From positions 21,106-85,105 of the forward strand of contig JACKFR010000001.1 in the NCBI GenBank assembly GCA_020632375.1: a stretch of 64,000 bases of DNA. Reading direction: 5' to 3'. Of the stretch, positions 35,827 to 46,810 are shown piece by piece. Every line of letters starts with the position of its first letter. Position 1 is the first letter of the stretch. The notes beneath the pieces were generated by a model. That model was given only the letters and a program-made list of their open reading frames with translations. It ran no database searches and had not been told where the DNA came from. Source of the stretch: Candidatus Nomurabacteria bacterium (GTDB lineage Bacteria > Patescibacteriota > Dojkabacteria > SC72 > JAHDCA01). Both the position numbers and the translations under genes were made by a program.

Positions 35827-38145
35827 ATGAATAATGAGACATATCCAGTGATCGGGATGCACTGCGCTTCATGTAAGGCATTAATAGAGGGAGAATTAAA
35901 TAAAAAAGAAGGTGTTAAGTCGGCCAAAGTAAATTATGCGACTGAAACAGTCTCTATAGAGTACGACCCATTAAAAACTAGTATGGCGGAGATCACAAAC
36001 GAGGTCCGTTCTTTAGGTGACTACGATTTACTTGTTCAGAAAGATTCTAAAAAAGTCGATTTGGAAGCGGTAGATCGCGAGAAGATGCTCGAACTTGCAA
36101 AAATAAAGAAAAATCTTATCTGGGTGGCTATTGGTGCCGCTCCATTTGCAGTTTTCATGATTCTTATGATCTTAAATCGGTTTAATTGGGTTGCGGGCTT
36201 TTCGACTGATTTCGGTTCTATTAAGCTGTTTTCTCGGATTAGAGCTGAGTTGTTCTTACTCACCCAGTTTGTGCTTTCAACCCTAGTCTTATTTTTAGGA
36301 GGGAGAAGCTTTTTTAGAAGTAGTTTTGCTGCAATCCGAAATCTGAAAGCAAACATGGATACACTTATTGTTACTGGTACGCTAACTGCGTGGATTTTTT
36401 CTACAATAGTCACTTTCTACCCATCGCTTCTAGGTGCCCATGGAGGTGAGTTAGAGGTATTCTATGAAGCGACTGTCTTTATAATTTTCTTTGTTCTCTT
36501 AGGTCGCTGGCTTGAATCAAGAGCTCGTCTCAAGACTCGTATGGCTGTGAAATCGTTAGTTCATCTGCAATCTAAGGAAGCTACTGTAATTAGAAATAAC
36601 GAGGAAAAAACAATTCCAATCTCTGAAGTTCAGAAAGGAGATCTCGTTATTGTTAAGCCAGGTGAGAAATTCCCTGTTGACGGGCATGTTGATTCCGGTT
36701 CCTCAGCTGTTGACGAATCTATGATAACAGGAGAGCCAATACCAGTTGAGAAGAAAGTAGGGGATCACGTAATCGGTGGGACTATAAACAAAAATGGAAG
36801 TATAAAGTTCATCGTAGAAAAGATAGGATCTGAGACAATGCTTTCGCAGATAATTAAGCTTGTTGAAAATGCTCAAAACTCTGAAGCACCTGTGCAGAGA
36901 CTTGCTGACGAGATTTCTGCATATTTCGTCCCCATCATACTTTCAATAGGTTTTTTAACATTTATTTTCTGGTCTGTTCTATCACCTCAGTTGGGGCTTC
37001 TTGATGGTACTCAAGAACCAGTCTCTTTTGCTATATATGCTGCGACTTCTGTGCTAATAATCGCTTGCCCTTGTGCATTAGGTCTTGCTACTCCTACTGC
37101 GGTTATCGTGGGAACTGGTGTCGCAGCAAAACATGGAATTCTTATAAAAGACGCACAAACTTTAGAAAATGCACATAAGATAAAAGTTGTTCTATTCGAT
37201 AAAACAGGCACTCTGACGCTTGGAAAGCCCCAAGTCACTGAGATCGCTTTAAGAGAAGGAACCTCGCATGATCGATTTCTGTCATTTGCTAAGTCTGTAG
37301 AGAAGCTTTCGGAACATCCTTTGTCTAAGGCAATTGTTAAGTACGCTTCAGAAGGCCAGGAATTTGCTGTAGAGGGCTTTGCTGCGATAGAGGGAAAGGG
37401 GGTTGCAGGAATAGTTGATTCAAAAAAGGTGATAATCGGTAACCAGCGACTTATGGAAGATAATGGGGTTATTATTGATTCGTGGGCAAGAGGTAGACAG
37501 GTAATGTTTTTAAAACAAGCGTATACAGCTGTTTTCGTTTCTGTTGATGGTGCAATCGAAGGACTTATCGGTATCTCAGATCAGCTCAAGGACGATAGCA
37601 TCGCTGCGGTTAAACGCCTGAGTGCTATGGGGATAAGGACAATTATGCTTACAGGTGATAATGAAAAGGTTGCGAAAATTATTGCAGAGAAAGTTGGGAT
37701 CAAAGAAATAAAGTCTAATGTGTTACCCACAGAAAAAGCCTCGGTCATAAAGCAGCTTCAAGATGAGACACCTGAATCAGACTTGATTGCAATGGTTGGT
37801 GATGGGATTAACGATGCTCCAGCACTCGCATCGTCTGATATTGGTATTGCTATGGGAACAGGTACAGATATTGCTATTGAATCTGGTGGCATTGTTATTG
37901 TTAAAGGTAGTTTGACTAAGGTTGCTGACTCAATCCTAACATCGAAGGCAACAATGAAAGTTATCAGGGAGAACCTTGTGTGGGCTTTTGGCTATAACGT
38001 TGTCGCTATCCCTATTGCGGCCGGAATTCTTTTCCCCTGGTTAGGGATTTTACTATCTCCAATAATTGCGAGTGCGGCAATGGCGTTAAGCTCAGTAAGC
38101 GTTGTCGGAAATAGCCTTAGGCTGAGAAGGCTTCATCTAAGTTAG
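35827..38145 (+). CDS. copA: Copper-translocating P1B-type ATPase
   Basis: HMA motif GMHCASC, TGE loop (ESMITGEP), the CPC motif in a TM helix ([13 protein letters not shown]), DKTGTLT and [12 protein letters not shown]. Confidence 0.9.
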   Translation: MNNETYPVIGMHCASCKALIEGELNKKEGVKSAKVNYATETVSIEYDPLKTSMAEITNEVRSLGDYDLLVQKDSKKVDLEAVDREKMLELAKIKKNLIWVAIGAAPFAVFMILMILNRFNWVAGFSTDFGSIKLFSRIRAELFLLTQFVLSTLVLFLGGRSFFRSSFAAIRNLKANMDTLIVTGTLTAWIFSTIVTFYPSLLGAHGGELEVFYEATVFIIFFVLLGRWLESRARLKTRMAVKSLVHLQSKEATVIRNNEEKTIPISEVQKGDLVIVKPGEKFPVDGHVDSGSSAVDESMITGEPIPVEKKVGDHVIGGTINKNGSIKFIVEKIGSETMLSQIIKLVENAQNSEAPVQRLADEISAYFVPIILSIGFLTFIFWSVLSPQLGLLDGTQEPVSFAIYAATSVLIIACPCALGLATPTAVIVGTGVAAKHGILIKDAQTLENAHKIKVVLFDKTGTLTLGKPQVTEIALREGTSHDRFLSFAKSVEKLSEHPLSKAIVKYASEGQEFAVEGFAAIEGKGVAGIVDSKKVIIGNQRLMEDNGVIIDSWARGRQVMFLKQAYTAVFVSVDGAIEGLIGISDQLKDDSIAAVKRLSAMGIRTIMLTGDNEKVAKIIAEKVGIKEIKSNVLPTEKASVIKQLQDETPESDLIAMVGDGINDAPALASSDIGIAMGTGTDIAIESGGIVIVKGSLTKVADSILTSKATMKVIRENLVWAFGYNVVAIPIAAGILFPWLGILLSPIIASAAMALSSVSVVGNSLRLRRLHLS

Positions 38146-38175
38146 TAATTTTATAAATTCTTGATTAATGAAAAA

Positions 38176-38195
38176 GGCCGGAAATATATCCGGCC
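38176..38195. terminator. Bidirectional hairpin terminator between copA and the RRM gene
   Basis: GGCCGGA-AATATA-TCCGGCC. On the minus strand it is followed by TTTTT, immediately downstream of the RRM gene stop. Confidence 0.6.
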
Positions 38196-38219
38196 ATTAG
38201 TTTCGAAAAGCTTTTTTAG

Positions 38220-38480
38220 CTATTCTCTTGGCTTAGGATCTCTTGCTTCTGAGACGTTTATTTCTCGTCCGTCAAGTTCCTTACCGTTTAGCTCTTCGAC
38301 AGCTCTTGCAGCATCTTCAGCATTCACAAATGTAACGAAGCCAAAACCTTTTGATCGGTTTGTTCTTCGGTCCATTATGATGACTACTTCTTGGACTTCT
38401 CCAATCTGCCCGAACATAGCTCGAAGGCTATCTTCCGTAGTGTCCCATGAAAGGTTACCTACAAACAATTTGTTTTTCAT
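38220..38480 (-). CDS. RNA-binding protein with a single RRM domain
   Basis: RNP-2 (KLFVGNL) and RNP-1 (KGFGFVTF) motifs in an 86-aa protein. Confidence 0.9.
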   Translation of the reverse strand: MKNKLFVGNLSWDTTEDSLRAMFGQIGEVQEVVIIMDRRTNRSKGFGFVTFVNAEDAARAVEELNGKELDGREINVSEARDPKPRE

Positions 38481-38672
38481 GTTGGTAAATAAAATATTAA
38501 ATGACGCTACGGATAACAGAGAACGTTAATTTCCTGATTACGCTGAAGCCTCCATGACAAGGCTTCTTCTTTTCATAGCGGACGTAAAATTATACAATGG
38601 TTTTAATCTTTTGGGTATAGCTAGCAATATCCCTTTATTATGATCTAGATAAGTTATTTTCATAGAGACTTC

Positions 38673-40487
38673 ATGAAAAAAATATTTGCAAAAAATGTGA
38701 AGTGGGATCTTACAGATATTTATAAAGACCTTGATGATCCTAAGATTGCGGAAAATGAGCAGAGATTTAAATCCTGGGTCAAAACTTTTAATTCAGAGTA
38801 CAAAGACGATTTTACAAGAGGTAATATCTCTGCCGAATCTTTAGCTAACGCTATAAAAGAAAGAGAAAGATTTGGAAGCGAGACCTCAATCCACCGGTCT
38901 TACTTTTATCTTCGTCAATCTCAAAATCAACTGGATGACGAAGTAAATAAAAGTGTTGATCGGGTTGATGCCTTTTTCTCAGAACTTTCTGCTCAAACTC
39001 TATGGTTTTCATTATCAATTAATAAACTTCCCGAAAAAAAGATACAGAAACTTCTTCTAAGTCCTCTTCTTAAAAATTATAGATACTTTTTAACAGAACT
39101 TCGTAAATTCAGAAAGTATCAGCTTAGTGAAAAAGAGGAACAAGTAATTGTAAAAAAAGATCAGACAGGAGCATCAGCGTTTGTCCAGCTTTATGATCGC
39201 CTTGATGGAATGCGAGAATTTGAAATATTTCATAATGGGAAAAAACAAAGATTAAATTATAATGAGATTCAATCAATTGCTTCAGACTCCGATAATCGGA
39301 AAGTTAGAAGAAAAGCTTCTGATGTCATTAATGAGAAGTTTAAGCAGGATTCCAGAATCAATGCTTTTATCCTGAATACACTTATCCAAGACAGCAAAAT
39401 CGAGAGAGAAATGAGAGGATACAAGTTTCCTCAACAGCCGACTCTACTGTCATATGGTATCGAAAGAAAAACTCTTGAGTCTCTAGTGTCTGCTGTAACA
39501 GCAGGGTATCCTATTTGTGAGAGATATTACAAAACCAAAACAAAGACTTCTGGTCTTAAAACTCTTTATGAATGGGACAGATACAATCGTCCATTTAAAA
39601 TTGAGAAAGAAGACAAGTATTCTTGGGAAGATGCAAAAAAGATTGTATTAGATGCTTTTGGTAGTTTAGACCCGAAGTTTAGAAATATAGCTAATGACTT
39701 TTTTAAAAATAATTGGATAGACGCCCAAGTAAGTCCAGGAAAAAGCTCTGGTGGGTACTGTTTGTCTCCAAGTCCTAAACACCATCCTTATATTTTCATG
39801 AACTATACCGGTGCTCCGAGAGACGTAATGACTCTTGCACATGAATTGGGGCATGGGATTCATAATGTCTTATCGTCGAAGCAGTCATTCGTGAATTATC
39901 ATTCTTCTACAGCTGTGGCAGAGATAGCAAGCATTTTTTGCGAAGGAATCGTTTTTGACTCTCTTTACCAAAAAACTAATGACCCACTTGCTAAGATGAA
40001 TATGCTTGCTAATAGAATTCAATCTAGCTTTGCGACTGTATTTCGGCAAATTGCGTTCTATCTCTTCGAAAGTGATATCCATACTCACCGTCTTAAACAG
40101 GGGACACTTTCAGTAGAACAACTTAATGAATATTTTATGAAACGTCTGCAAGCTATGTTCAGAAAAGGTCTTACTCTTACCAAGGATCATGGATATTTAT
40201 GGGGTGTAGTGTCGCACTTTTACTGGTTTAATTTTTATGTATTTGCTTATTCAATGGGAGAATTATTAACTTTGTCATTAATGGCCGAATATCGGCGAGA
40301 GGGGAAGTCTTTTCTTAATGGGTACATTCAGGCACTTGAAACGGGAGGAAGCGCAAACCCTTATGATATTACTAAAATGATGGGAGTTGATATATCTGAT
40401 AAGAAGTTCTGGGATGGAGGGATTCGTTTATTAGATGAATTAGTTAGGGAATTTGAGTTGCTTTCTGACACCTATAACCGTCAATGA
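38673..40487 (+). CDS. pepF: Oligoendopeptidase F (M3B family)
   Basis: HELGHGIH zinc motif at the expected position, in a protein of about 600 aa. The family-typical N-terminus (W.L.DIY...) is present. Confidence 0.8.
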   Translation: MKKIFAKNVKWDLTDIYKDLDDPKIAENEQRFKSWVKTFNSEYKDDFTRGNISAESLANAIKERERFGSETSIHRSYFYLRQSQNQLDDEVNKSVDRVDAFFSELSAQTLWFSLSINKLPEKKIQKLLLSPLLKNYRYFLTELRKFRKYQLSEKEEQVIVKKDQTGASAFVQLYDRLDGMREFEIFHNGKKQRLNYNEIQSIASDSDNRKVRRKASDVINEKFKQDSRINAFILNTLIQDSKIEREMRGYKFPQQPTLLSYGIERKTLESLVSAVTAGYPICERYYKTKTKTSGLKTLYEWDRYNRPFKIEKEDKYSWEDAKKIVLDAFGSLDPKFRNIANDFFKNNWIDAQVSPGKSSGGYCLSPSPKHHPYIFMNYTGAPRDVMTLAHELGHGIHNVLSSKQSFVNYHSSTAVAEIASIFCEGIVFDSLYQKTNDPLAKMNMLANRIQSSFATVFRQIAFYLFESDIHTHRLKQGTLSVEQLNEYFMKRLQAMFRKGLTLTKDHGYLWGVVSHFYWFNFYVFAYSMGELLTLSLMAEYRREGKSFLNGYIQALETGGSANPYDITKMMGVDISDKKFWDGGIRLLDELVREFELLSDTYNRQ

Positions 40488-41239
40488 AGATATATTCATG
40501 GAATGTAAACAGCCTGAGATCTTGTGAAACTGCATTTCTAGATTTCATTGATAGATATTCACCGGATATTGTGATGCTTCAAGAACTTCGTGCCCACCCG
40601 GATCAGTTATCTTTTTTTCTTAAATTAGTTCCTGGATACGGGTGTCTTTTTAATGATTCAGGCCGGGCCGGTTATGCAGGCACAGCGATTTACTACAAAG
40701 ACTCGCTGCCAGTTTCAGAAGTTACTAATGAACTTGGTGATGACCTTCTTGAAGCTGAGGGCAGAGCCATCTTTCTCCGCATAGGTGATTTTTCAATCTA
40801 CAATTTTTATATCCCCAACGGGAATTCTTCTGAAGAACGCCTGAAATACAAGTTAAAATATCATGAAAAAATACTTAACCTTGCTCAGTCCAGAAAAAAC
40901 GAAAAAGTAATTCTTGGTGGAGATTTTAATGTCGCCCACACATCATCAGACCTTTATCTTGGGAAGGCTAATAATTCTGGATTTCTTCCTGAAGAGCGTA
41001 GATGGTTTGATGAAATGCTTGCACAGGGTTTCCATGATACTTTTCGGATGTTTGAAAAGCGAAAAGGATTTTACTCATGGTGGCATCTTCGTGATCCCGA
41101 ACGAAAGGCGAATAATGGTTGGAGATTCGACTACTTTCTTGCTTCCGATCCTTTGAAAGATAGTATTATGAATGCGGGGATTTCAAGAGAGGTGTTTGGC
41201 TCTGATCACTGCCCGATTTGGGTGGAGATAGAGGAATAA
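40484..41239 (+). CDS. xth: Exodeoxyribonuclease III
   Basis: MKIYSWNVNSLRS, LQELR, GGDFNVAH and GSDHCPIWVEI are EEP-fold ExoIII signatures. The start forms an ATGA overlap with the pepF stop. Confidence 0.9.
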   Translation: MKIYSWNVNSLRSCETAFLDFIDRYSPDIVMLQELRAHPDQLSFFLKLVPGYGCLFNDSGRAGYAGTAIYYKDSLPVSEVTNELGDDLLEAEGRAIFLRIGDFSIYNFYIPNGNSSEERLKYKLKYHEKILNLAQSRKNEKVILGGDFNVAHTSSDLYLGKANNSGFLPEERRWFDEMLAQGFHDTFRMFEKRKGFYSWWHLRDPERKANNGWRFDYFLASDPLKDSIMNAGISREVFGSDHCPIWVEIEE

Positions 41240-41251
41240 AGGAAGGAGAAG

Positions 41252-41700
41252 TCAGATTACGCATAGCTGGTGAATATTATCGAACAGTGTTTGTCCTAGA
41301 GTCGGGACAAAAGGTTGGGGAGATACCGCTACAGTAAGCGTTCCTGCGTCTGCAAATTCTGGCACAACAAAATCACCATAAACGCATAACTCCCATAGTG
41401 CTACAAACCTGTGTGTGCCGTCGTAAATGACAGGAGTTGTGGGGTCGTCGACATGAAGCCTTACTGTGGGCGGAAGTACCCGATTTCCTTGTAATGTAGC
41501 TTCTTTATACCAATCTACCACCGCTCTTCGAATATAGCCCTGATGGAGAAGGAGTATAAACCAATCCAGTTTTTCCCACCTTAGTTTAAGAGGGTTTTCC
41601 GGTTCTCCTAATGAAACAGGGTCTCGATAGAAAGAGCATCTTGAATCTCTTCTGTCTGGATAAGAAACAAAATGGGTATTTCGGAAGTGAGTATTAATCC
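41252..41700 (-). pseudogene. GC-rich ORF lacking a canonical start (possible ParB/Srx-like DGxHR motif); only a GTG at 41521
   Basis: The frame is open for about 150 codons from 41700, but the first ATG/GTG/TTG is the GTG at 41521. It contains VIYDGTHRFVALWEL. Spot GC counts are well above the flanks. Confidence 0.3.
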
Positions 41701-41761
41701 GCGAAAATTATTATTTTAGTTCGACCGGATTATAACACCTGTATGTAAGATATATAGGATA

Positions 41762-42013
41762 TTATCTCAGCCCGATCTCTAAAACAATCGGGAAATTCCC
41801 AAACCCTGTTTCATCCCGTTCCTCCATCGTAACCTCCAGTCTAGTGACCTTCCTCTTTTTACCTACGAAGTCACTATTTATATGACGCAACGCCTTCTGC
41901 ATCATGCTCTCTTCGAGTTTAATTATAGATACATGCGGATCATAGGAGTACTTCGGAGGTAGTCCTTTGGGTGTTTCGTTTCCAATGCCTTTTGAACAAG
42001 CCTTAGTTCTCAT
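41762..42013 (-). CDS. Hypothetical protein (83 aa from the ATG; the frame is open a further ~70 codons upstream without a start)
   Basis: The frame is open from about 42227 with no ATG/GTG/TTG until 42013. This is unusual for AT-rich DNA and suggests a lost N-terminus. Confidence 0.3.
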   Translation of the reverse strand: MRTKACSKGIGNETPKGLPPKYSYDPHVSIIKLEESMMQKALRHINSDFVGKKRKVTRLEVTMEERDETGFGNFPIVLEIGLR

Positions 42014-42299
42014 ATTCAGTTCAAAGATAATATTTCTAGAATTTTCAGCGAGGTTTAAAAAAATAAAGTTACCTGAAGGAGTCGGATCGAATTGGGTAAA
42101 CTCAATTTCAAATGAAGGTAAATCTGAAAATTCTTTTTTTACAGAGTCTACATATACAGATATATTTGAAATTATCTGAGAACTCTTTTCTAATTCCGAA
42201 CCGGTTACAGTTCTGTTTAGGAGTTATGTTAGCATAAAGACATTTGTGACCTCTAGTGCTATACTCCACCGTTAATTTGTTAGACAAACCTATTTAAGA

Positions 42300-44168
42300 G
42301 TGATCGATAAGGCTTCTGCAAAACAGATCAGGAATATTGCAATAATTGCCCATGTAGACCATGGTAAGACAACTCTTGTTGATGCTTTCATGAAACAGAG
42401 CAATACTTTCAGAGCAAATCAGGAAGAGATGGAGCAAGACCGAATCTTGGATTCAAACGACTTGGAGCGTGAGAGAGGTATCACGATAAGTGCAAAAAAC
42501 ATTTCTATCCATTACAAAGGTTATACGATCAATATAATCGACACTCCTGGTCACGCAGACTTCGGAGGAGAGGTTGAGCGAACACTTAATATGGCTGAAG
42601 GATGTATTTTAGTTGTAGATGCACAAGAAGGAGTGATGCCACAGACCAAGTCGGTCCTAAGAAGAGCCTTTGAGATTGGTTTGAAGCCTATTGTAGTTAT
42701 CAACAAGATCGACAAGAAGCTTGCTAATGTTTCTCAATCAATCTCTCGAATTCAAGATCTTTTCTTAAATCTGGCAACAGATGAATCCCAGCTTGACTTC
42801 AAAATATACTACGCAATAGCTCGAGATGGCAAAGTGTTCAAAGAGCTTCCAGTGTCTCAAAATGCAGATTTTTCAGATATAGAGGGGAGTGTTATTCCTC
42901 TGCTTGAAGCAATTGTCGAAGAGATCCCCGCACCTTCAGGAAATAATAGTGGCCCATTTCAGATGCAAATTTCATCTTTGGATTTCGACCCTCATTATGG
43001 CAGATATGTTATCGGCAAAATAAATAGAGGTGCTGTTTCCATAGGGGACGGCATTGTTGCTGTTCACCACGACAGTGTAGGTGCTAAAGTTACTGGTCGA
43101 GTGAAAGGCTTGTTTATTAAAGAAGGGTTAGACTACAAAGAAATGCAAAGTGTGGAGGTAGGGCAGATTGTTGCAATAGCAGGGTTAGATAAGGTCGGAA
43201 TCGGGGACACCGTTTGTGATCCCGAGGCAATAGAACCTCTCCCAGATATTAAAATCTCACCTCCTTCGCTTAAAATTCGTTTCGAAGCTAACACTTCTCC
43301 ATTTCTAGGTAAAGAGAGCAAGTATCCGAACTGGAAACAAATTCAGGCAAGACTCGACCAAGAAGCTCAAAACAATGTCGGTCTTAAGATTGAAAACAAC
43401 AATGACGGATCGTATTCGGTGTCAGGTAGAGGAGAGCTACATCTTGCAATCCTGATTGAGTCAATGCGACGTGAAGGATATGAATTCCAGCTTCGCAAGC
43501 CAGAGGTTATAACGAAAGTCGTCGATGGTGTCACTATGGAGCCAGTCGAAGAGGTTTATATAGAGGTTGCCGAAGAGTATTATAGCCAAGTTTCTCAAGA
43601 AGTTAATGCCCGAAAGGGTGAGCTTATAGATATTGTCAATGAAAATGGGCTAAGCAAAATGACTTACAAAGTATTTACCAGAAATCTTATTGGTTTAAGA
43701 AGGATCTTGCTCTCGACAACAAAAGGTGAGCTGCTTATAAATAGCCATTTTCTCGAGTATGCACCGCTCAAGAGCGCAATTGAAGAGGATATAAAAGGGA
43801 GAATTGTTTCAAATGCGACGGGTAAAGCACTCGCTTATGCTCTCAATACTCTTCAAGAACGTGGTGATCTACTAATTAATCCAAATATTGATGTATACGA
43901 GGGTATGATAATCGGCTTGAATAAATACCAAAACGACATGTTTGTAAATCCAACTAAAGCTCGAGAAAAGAACAATGTGAGGATGTCACGTGCTGAGATT
44001 ACTTTAATAAATCTCAAGACCCCTATCGACCTTACTTTGGAGTTAGCAATCAGCATGATCCGTGATGATGAGATTCTTGAAGTAACACCTCATAATATCC
44101 GCTTGAGAAAAATATTTCTAAATAAGGAACAGGAATTTGAAGCGACTAAAAGAAAAAAGGCGAGGTGA
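42300..44168 (+). CDS. typA: Translational GTPase TypA/BipA
   Basis: GTG start. G1 (AHVDHGKTT), G3 ([11 protein letters not shown]), G4 (NKID), and BipA-specific C-terminal domains of the expected length. Confidence 0.9.
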   Translation: MIDKASAKQIRNIAIIAHVDHGKTTLVDAFMKQSNTFRANQEEMEQDRILDSNDLERERGITISAKNISIHYKGYTINIIDTPGHADFGGEVERTLNMAEGCILVVDAQEGVMPQTKSVLRRAFEIGLKPIVVINKIDKKLANVSQSISRIQDLFLNLATDESQLDFKIYYAIARDGKVFKELPVSQNADFSDIEGSVIPLLEAIVEEIPAPSGNNSGPFQMQISSLDFDPHYGRYVIGKINRGAVSIGDGIVAVHHDSVGAKVTGRVKGLFIKEGLDYKEMQSVEVGQIVAIAGLDKVGIGDTVCDPEAIEPLPDIKISPPSLKIRFEANTSPFLGKESKYPNWKQIQARLDQEAQNNVGLKIENNNDGSYSVSGRGELHLAILIESMRREGYEFQLRKPEVITKVVDGVTMEPVEEVYIEVAEEYYSQVSQEVNARKGELIDIVNENGLSKMTYKVFTRNLIGLRRILLSTTKGELLINSHFLEYAPLKSAIEEDIKGRIVSNATGKALAYALNTLQERGDLLINPNIDVYEGMIIGLNKYQNDMFVNPTKAREKNNVRMSRAEITLINLKTPIDLTLELAISMIRDDEILEVTPHNIRLRKIFLNKEQEFEATKRKKAR

Positions 44169-44178
44169 GATATCGCAC

Positions 44179-44256
44179 CTACAAACTTGTTCCACCGTCA
44201 ATAATCACGGTTGTTCCAGTTATATAACTGGAATCCGGGCTAGCTAAAAATAGCAG
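44179..44256 (-). pseudogene. C-terminal remnant of a short-chain dehydrogenase/reductase
   Basis: The reverse strand reads LLFLASPDSSYITGTTVIIDGGTSL*, the canonical SDR C-terminus, but the upstream frame closes after 42 codons with no remaining gene body. Confidence 0.5.
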
Positions 44257-44390
44257 AAGTTTAGATTTAAGCCAACATTGTACCGTTATTAGGGTATACG
44301 GTCTTCAAATTTTAATCCTTACTCTCAATCACAGGGATATTTAATTTGATTGCTTCACTTATAAGGAAGTTTTGAATAATTCTTGCTGCT

Positions 44391-44867
44391 CTAAAGCTCT
44401 CTTTTATTTTCATTATTGATCTCCCTGTGTGTGAAAAACTGTCTTTTATGGATTGACTCATTTCTTTGTGTAACTAATAAGCCATCTGCATATTTGACTA
44501 AATCTTTAGGTGTTATAAATGCCGCTTCTACTATATAGCTACCATGAAGTGAAGATATGAACTCTTCTACAAAAGGTTTCATTTCTTTGCGAATTTTTAG
44601 AAACCCTTTAATTACGTTATTCCTATTCAGTTCTCCGAAAGCTTTGAATGCTTGGGTTGTACCCATATAAAGAAATGGTTTTTCGGCTTTTGTAAATTTC
44701 TTTTGAGCATCTTCCCGAAGCTGATCCAGTTCATAAAGTGGAAAATAGTTTTTAACTGCAAGCTTTTCAGAATAATGAGTCTTTCCTACGCCTGGCACTC
44801 CGTAAATAAAAGAGTTTTTCACAAAAATATTCTCCCATGGATTGGTAGGGATCTTTTGTAGAGTCAT
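44391..44867 (-). CDS. Small P-loop NTPase/kinase (2-phosphoglycerate-kinase-like)
   Basis: Walker A (YGVPGVGKTHYSEKLA) in a 158-aa protein. No other motifs assigned. Confidence 0.5.
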   Translation of the reverse strand: MTLQKIPTNPWENIFVKNSFIYGVPGVGKTHYSEKLAVKNYFPLYELDQLREDAQKKFTKAEKPFLYMGTTQAFKAFGELNRNNVIKGFLKIRKEMKPFVEEFISSLHGSYIVEAAFITPKDLVKYADGLLVTQRNESIHKRQFFTHREINNENKREL

Positions 44868-45163
44868 TAAATTTAGGGGTTAAGATAATTTGAACAAGTT
44901 CTTTTATTGCTTACATAAAAAAGCATTACTGTAAGGAGACCTTACTGTATTGTCGTTTTGTCTTGTATTTGAATATCGATGACTGAATATCATGAAACAT
45001 CACTTTTCCTGCAGTATATCACACAAAAATGATATTAGAAATTAAGCGACTAAGTACTGTGACGTTGTTGACGTGGCTCTATATATAATATATACCGTGG
45101 ATGCGAATAGTAATAAGATACACTTTATTAACTTAGCTAAATAACAATTAACACATTAACCTT

Positions 45164-46405
45164 ATGGATAGCTTTATAGATTACTATGAATATATTTCAG
45201 ATAATAAAACGAGGATCAAAAGCAAGCTAGGCTATTATTATCATTTTGGAAAAGGTGACATAAATCGCAAGGTTATTGGGCATAAAAGAGCTTTCTTTGA
45301 GCCAATAGTTGAAAGCTGTTTTCAAGGAAATTTGGGCTATTGTGATCCTGCAGGGCGAAAATCCACACGCGAATTAATCTCACGGTACGAGGCGCTTAAT
45401 CGAAACTGTGTTGATTTGAGTTATAAAAACATTGCATTAACCCTTGGAGCTACGAATGCAATATATGGAGCTTTGAGCGGGGCTCTCGTTAATAATCGTT
45501 CAAAAAAGATTATAGTTTTTACCCCTTGTTATACCTATGTGGAGGCAATTAGAAGTTTAGGATATGAAGTAAAGTTTATAGACATCTGTAACACAGAAGA
45601 GGCTTGCATCCAGTTAAATCGTTCTGAAAACGCTGACTGTGCAGCCGTATTTCTTGCGAATCCAATTTTCCCTATAGGTAAGCAAGTCGACCCACTTCTG
45701 ATTACTGAAATAAAAAAGCTTTCCGAACTTAACAACTTTTATTTATTTATTGATGAGGTCTATTCAGATATGTGGTTGAACAAACAAAAGGTTGTTAATT
45801 TTTATACTAAAAACACAGTTATTATTCGAAGTTTTTCTAAAGAATTCGGCATCCCGGGTTTGCGTTGCGGTTATGTATTAGGTCCGGAGGAGTTAATTAA
45901 TAATATTAGGCGAAAAAATGAGTATGTTTTTGGGACTCCGATTGTTTTGTTTGAAGTTTTAATTGATTTAATTGTATTTTGGAAATTGTGTATAGTGTCC
46001 GGCAGCGTTCCAACCCGGAATAAATTCTTCGGATGTGACTTTGGTCTTGAAAAAAAACAGCTTGAGATTATCAAGAAAATTGATTTAGATGGATTCTTCA
46101 ACACTTGCGAGTCTTTTACCATTGAGCTATTAGCAACACTTAGAGATGGCTTGATTGAGTCAAATGATATCTTAGATTCTTGTAATACGCTCGAGTTCAT
46201 TGAACCCGATTGTGGTTTTAATGCAGTTGTGAAGAATAAAACATCTAAAACATATAAGGATATATTTAATAGTACCGGAGTTGTCTTAACTCCATGTGAA
46301 CTTTTCAACCTCCCGAACCATTTTCGATTTACATTTGGTGACTCCGCAGAGTCAATCTCAAAAGCTTGGAAAAGGGTTGTGGAGTATCTCGAAAAAACAC
46401 CTTAA
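45164..46405 (+). CDS. PLP-dependent aminotransferase, class I/II
   Basis: PLP-lysine motif (SFSKEFGIPGLRCGY), upstream LGATNAIY and IDEVYSD, typical of fold-type I aminotransferases. Confidence 0.7.
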   Translation: MDSFIDYYEYISDNKTRIKSKLGYYYHFGKGDINRKVIGHKRAFFEPIVESCFQGNLGYCDPAGRKSTRELISRYEALNRNCVDLSYKNIALTLGATNAIYGALSGALVNNRSKKIIVFTPCYTYVEAIRSLGYEVKFIDICNTEEACIQLNRSENADCAAVFLANPIFPIGKQVDPLLITEIKKLSELNNFYLFIDEVYSDMWLNKQKVVNFYTKNTVIIRSFSKEFGIPGLRCGYVLGPEELINNIRRKNEYVFGTPIVLFEVLIDLIVFWKLCIVSGSVPTRNKFFGCDFGLEKKQLEIIKKIDLDGFFNTCESFTIELLATLRDGLIESNDILDSCNTLEFIEPDCGFNAVVKNKTSKTYKDIFNSTGVVLTPCELFNLPNHFRFTFGDSAESISKAWKRVVEYLEKTP

Positions 46406-46491
46406 AAAACACTTCCGTTATATTTCGGTAGCAAATGCGACAACTTGTTAAACTAGAACCGTGAAAACAGTCTAAATCAACAAGCAAGTCA

Positions 46492-46695
46492 ATGAAAAAG
46501 GAGAATGCAATAACTGCTGCTTTTCACTTGTACCGTAGCAGTTTACTACCACAGCAAATAGCCTTAGAACTAAGAGTACATAAATTCACAGTTTATCTTT
46601 GGATACAAGATCTTAGGCACTTAGGGTTAGACAGAAGCCTCCATAAGCGGTCTCGTACTCTGTCACGTGAATATATTTGTAAAATTCGTAAATAG
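46492..46695 (+). mobile_element. Isolated transposase-type HTH fragment (N-terminal domain only)
   Basis: The 67-aa ORF (LPQQIALELRVHKFTVYLWIQDLRHLGLDRSLHKRSR) resembles the N-terminal HTH of IS630/IS481-type transposases. No catalytic domain or terminal repeats are present. Confidence 0.35.
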
Positions 46696-46752
46696 AAATG
46701 AGATTAATGCGGAGAGAAAATATAATACTATTACAAAAAGGAATCTAATAAA

Positions 46753-46803
46753 GCAGAGCTTTAGCTCTGCGTTGCAAGAGTTCCCCGGCCTTCAGGCCGA
46801 GGG
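46753..46803. terminator. Two adjacent GC-rich hairpins between convergent small ORFs
   Basis: GCAGAGC-TTTA-GCTCTGC (46753..46770) and CCCCGGCC-TTCA-GGCCGAGGG (46783..46803). On the minus strand the second is followed by a T-rich tract. Confidence 0.5.
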
Positions 46804-46810
46804 AGTGGGC

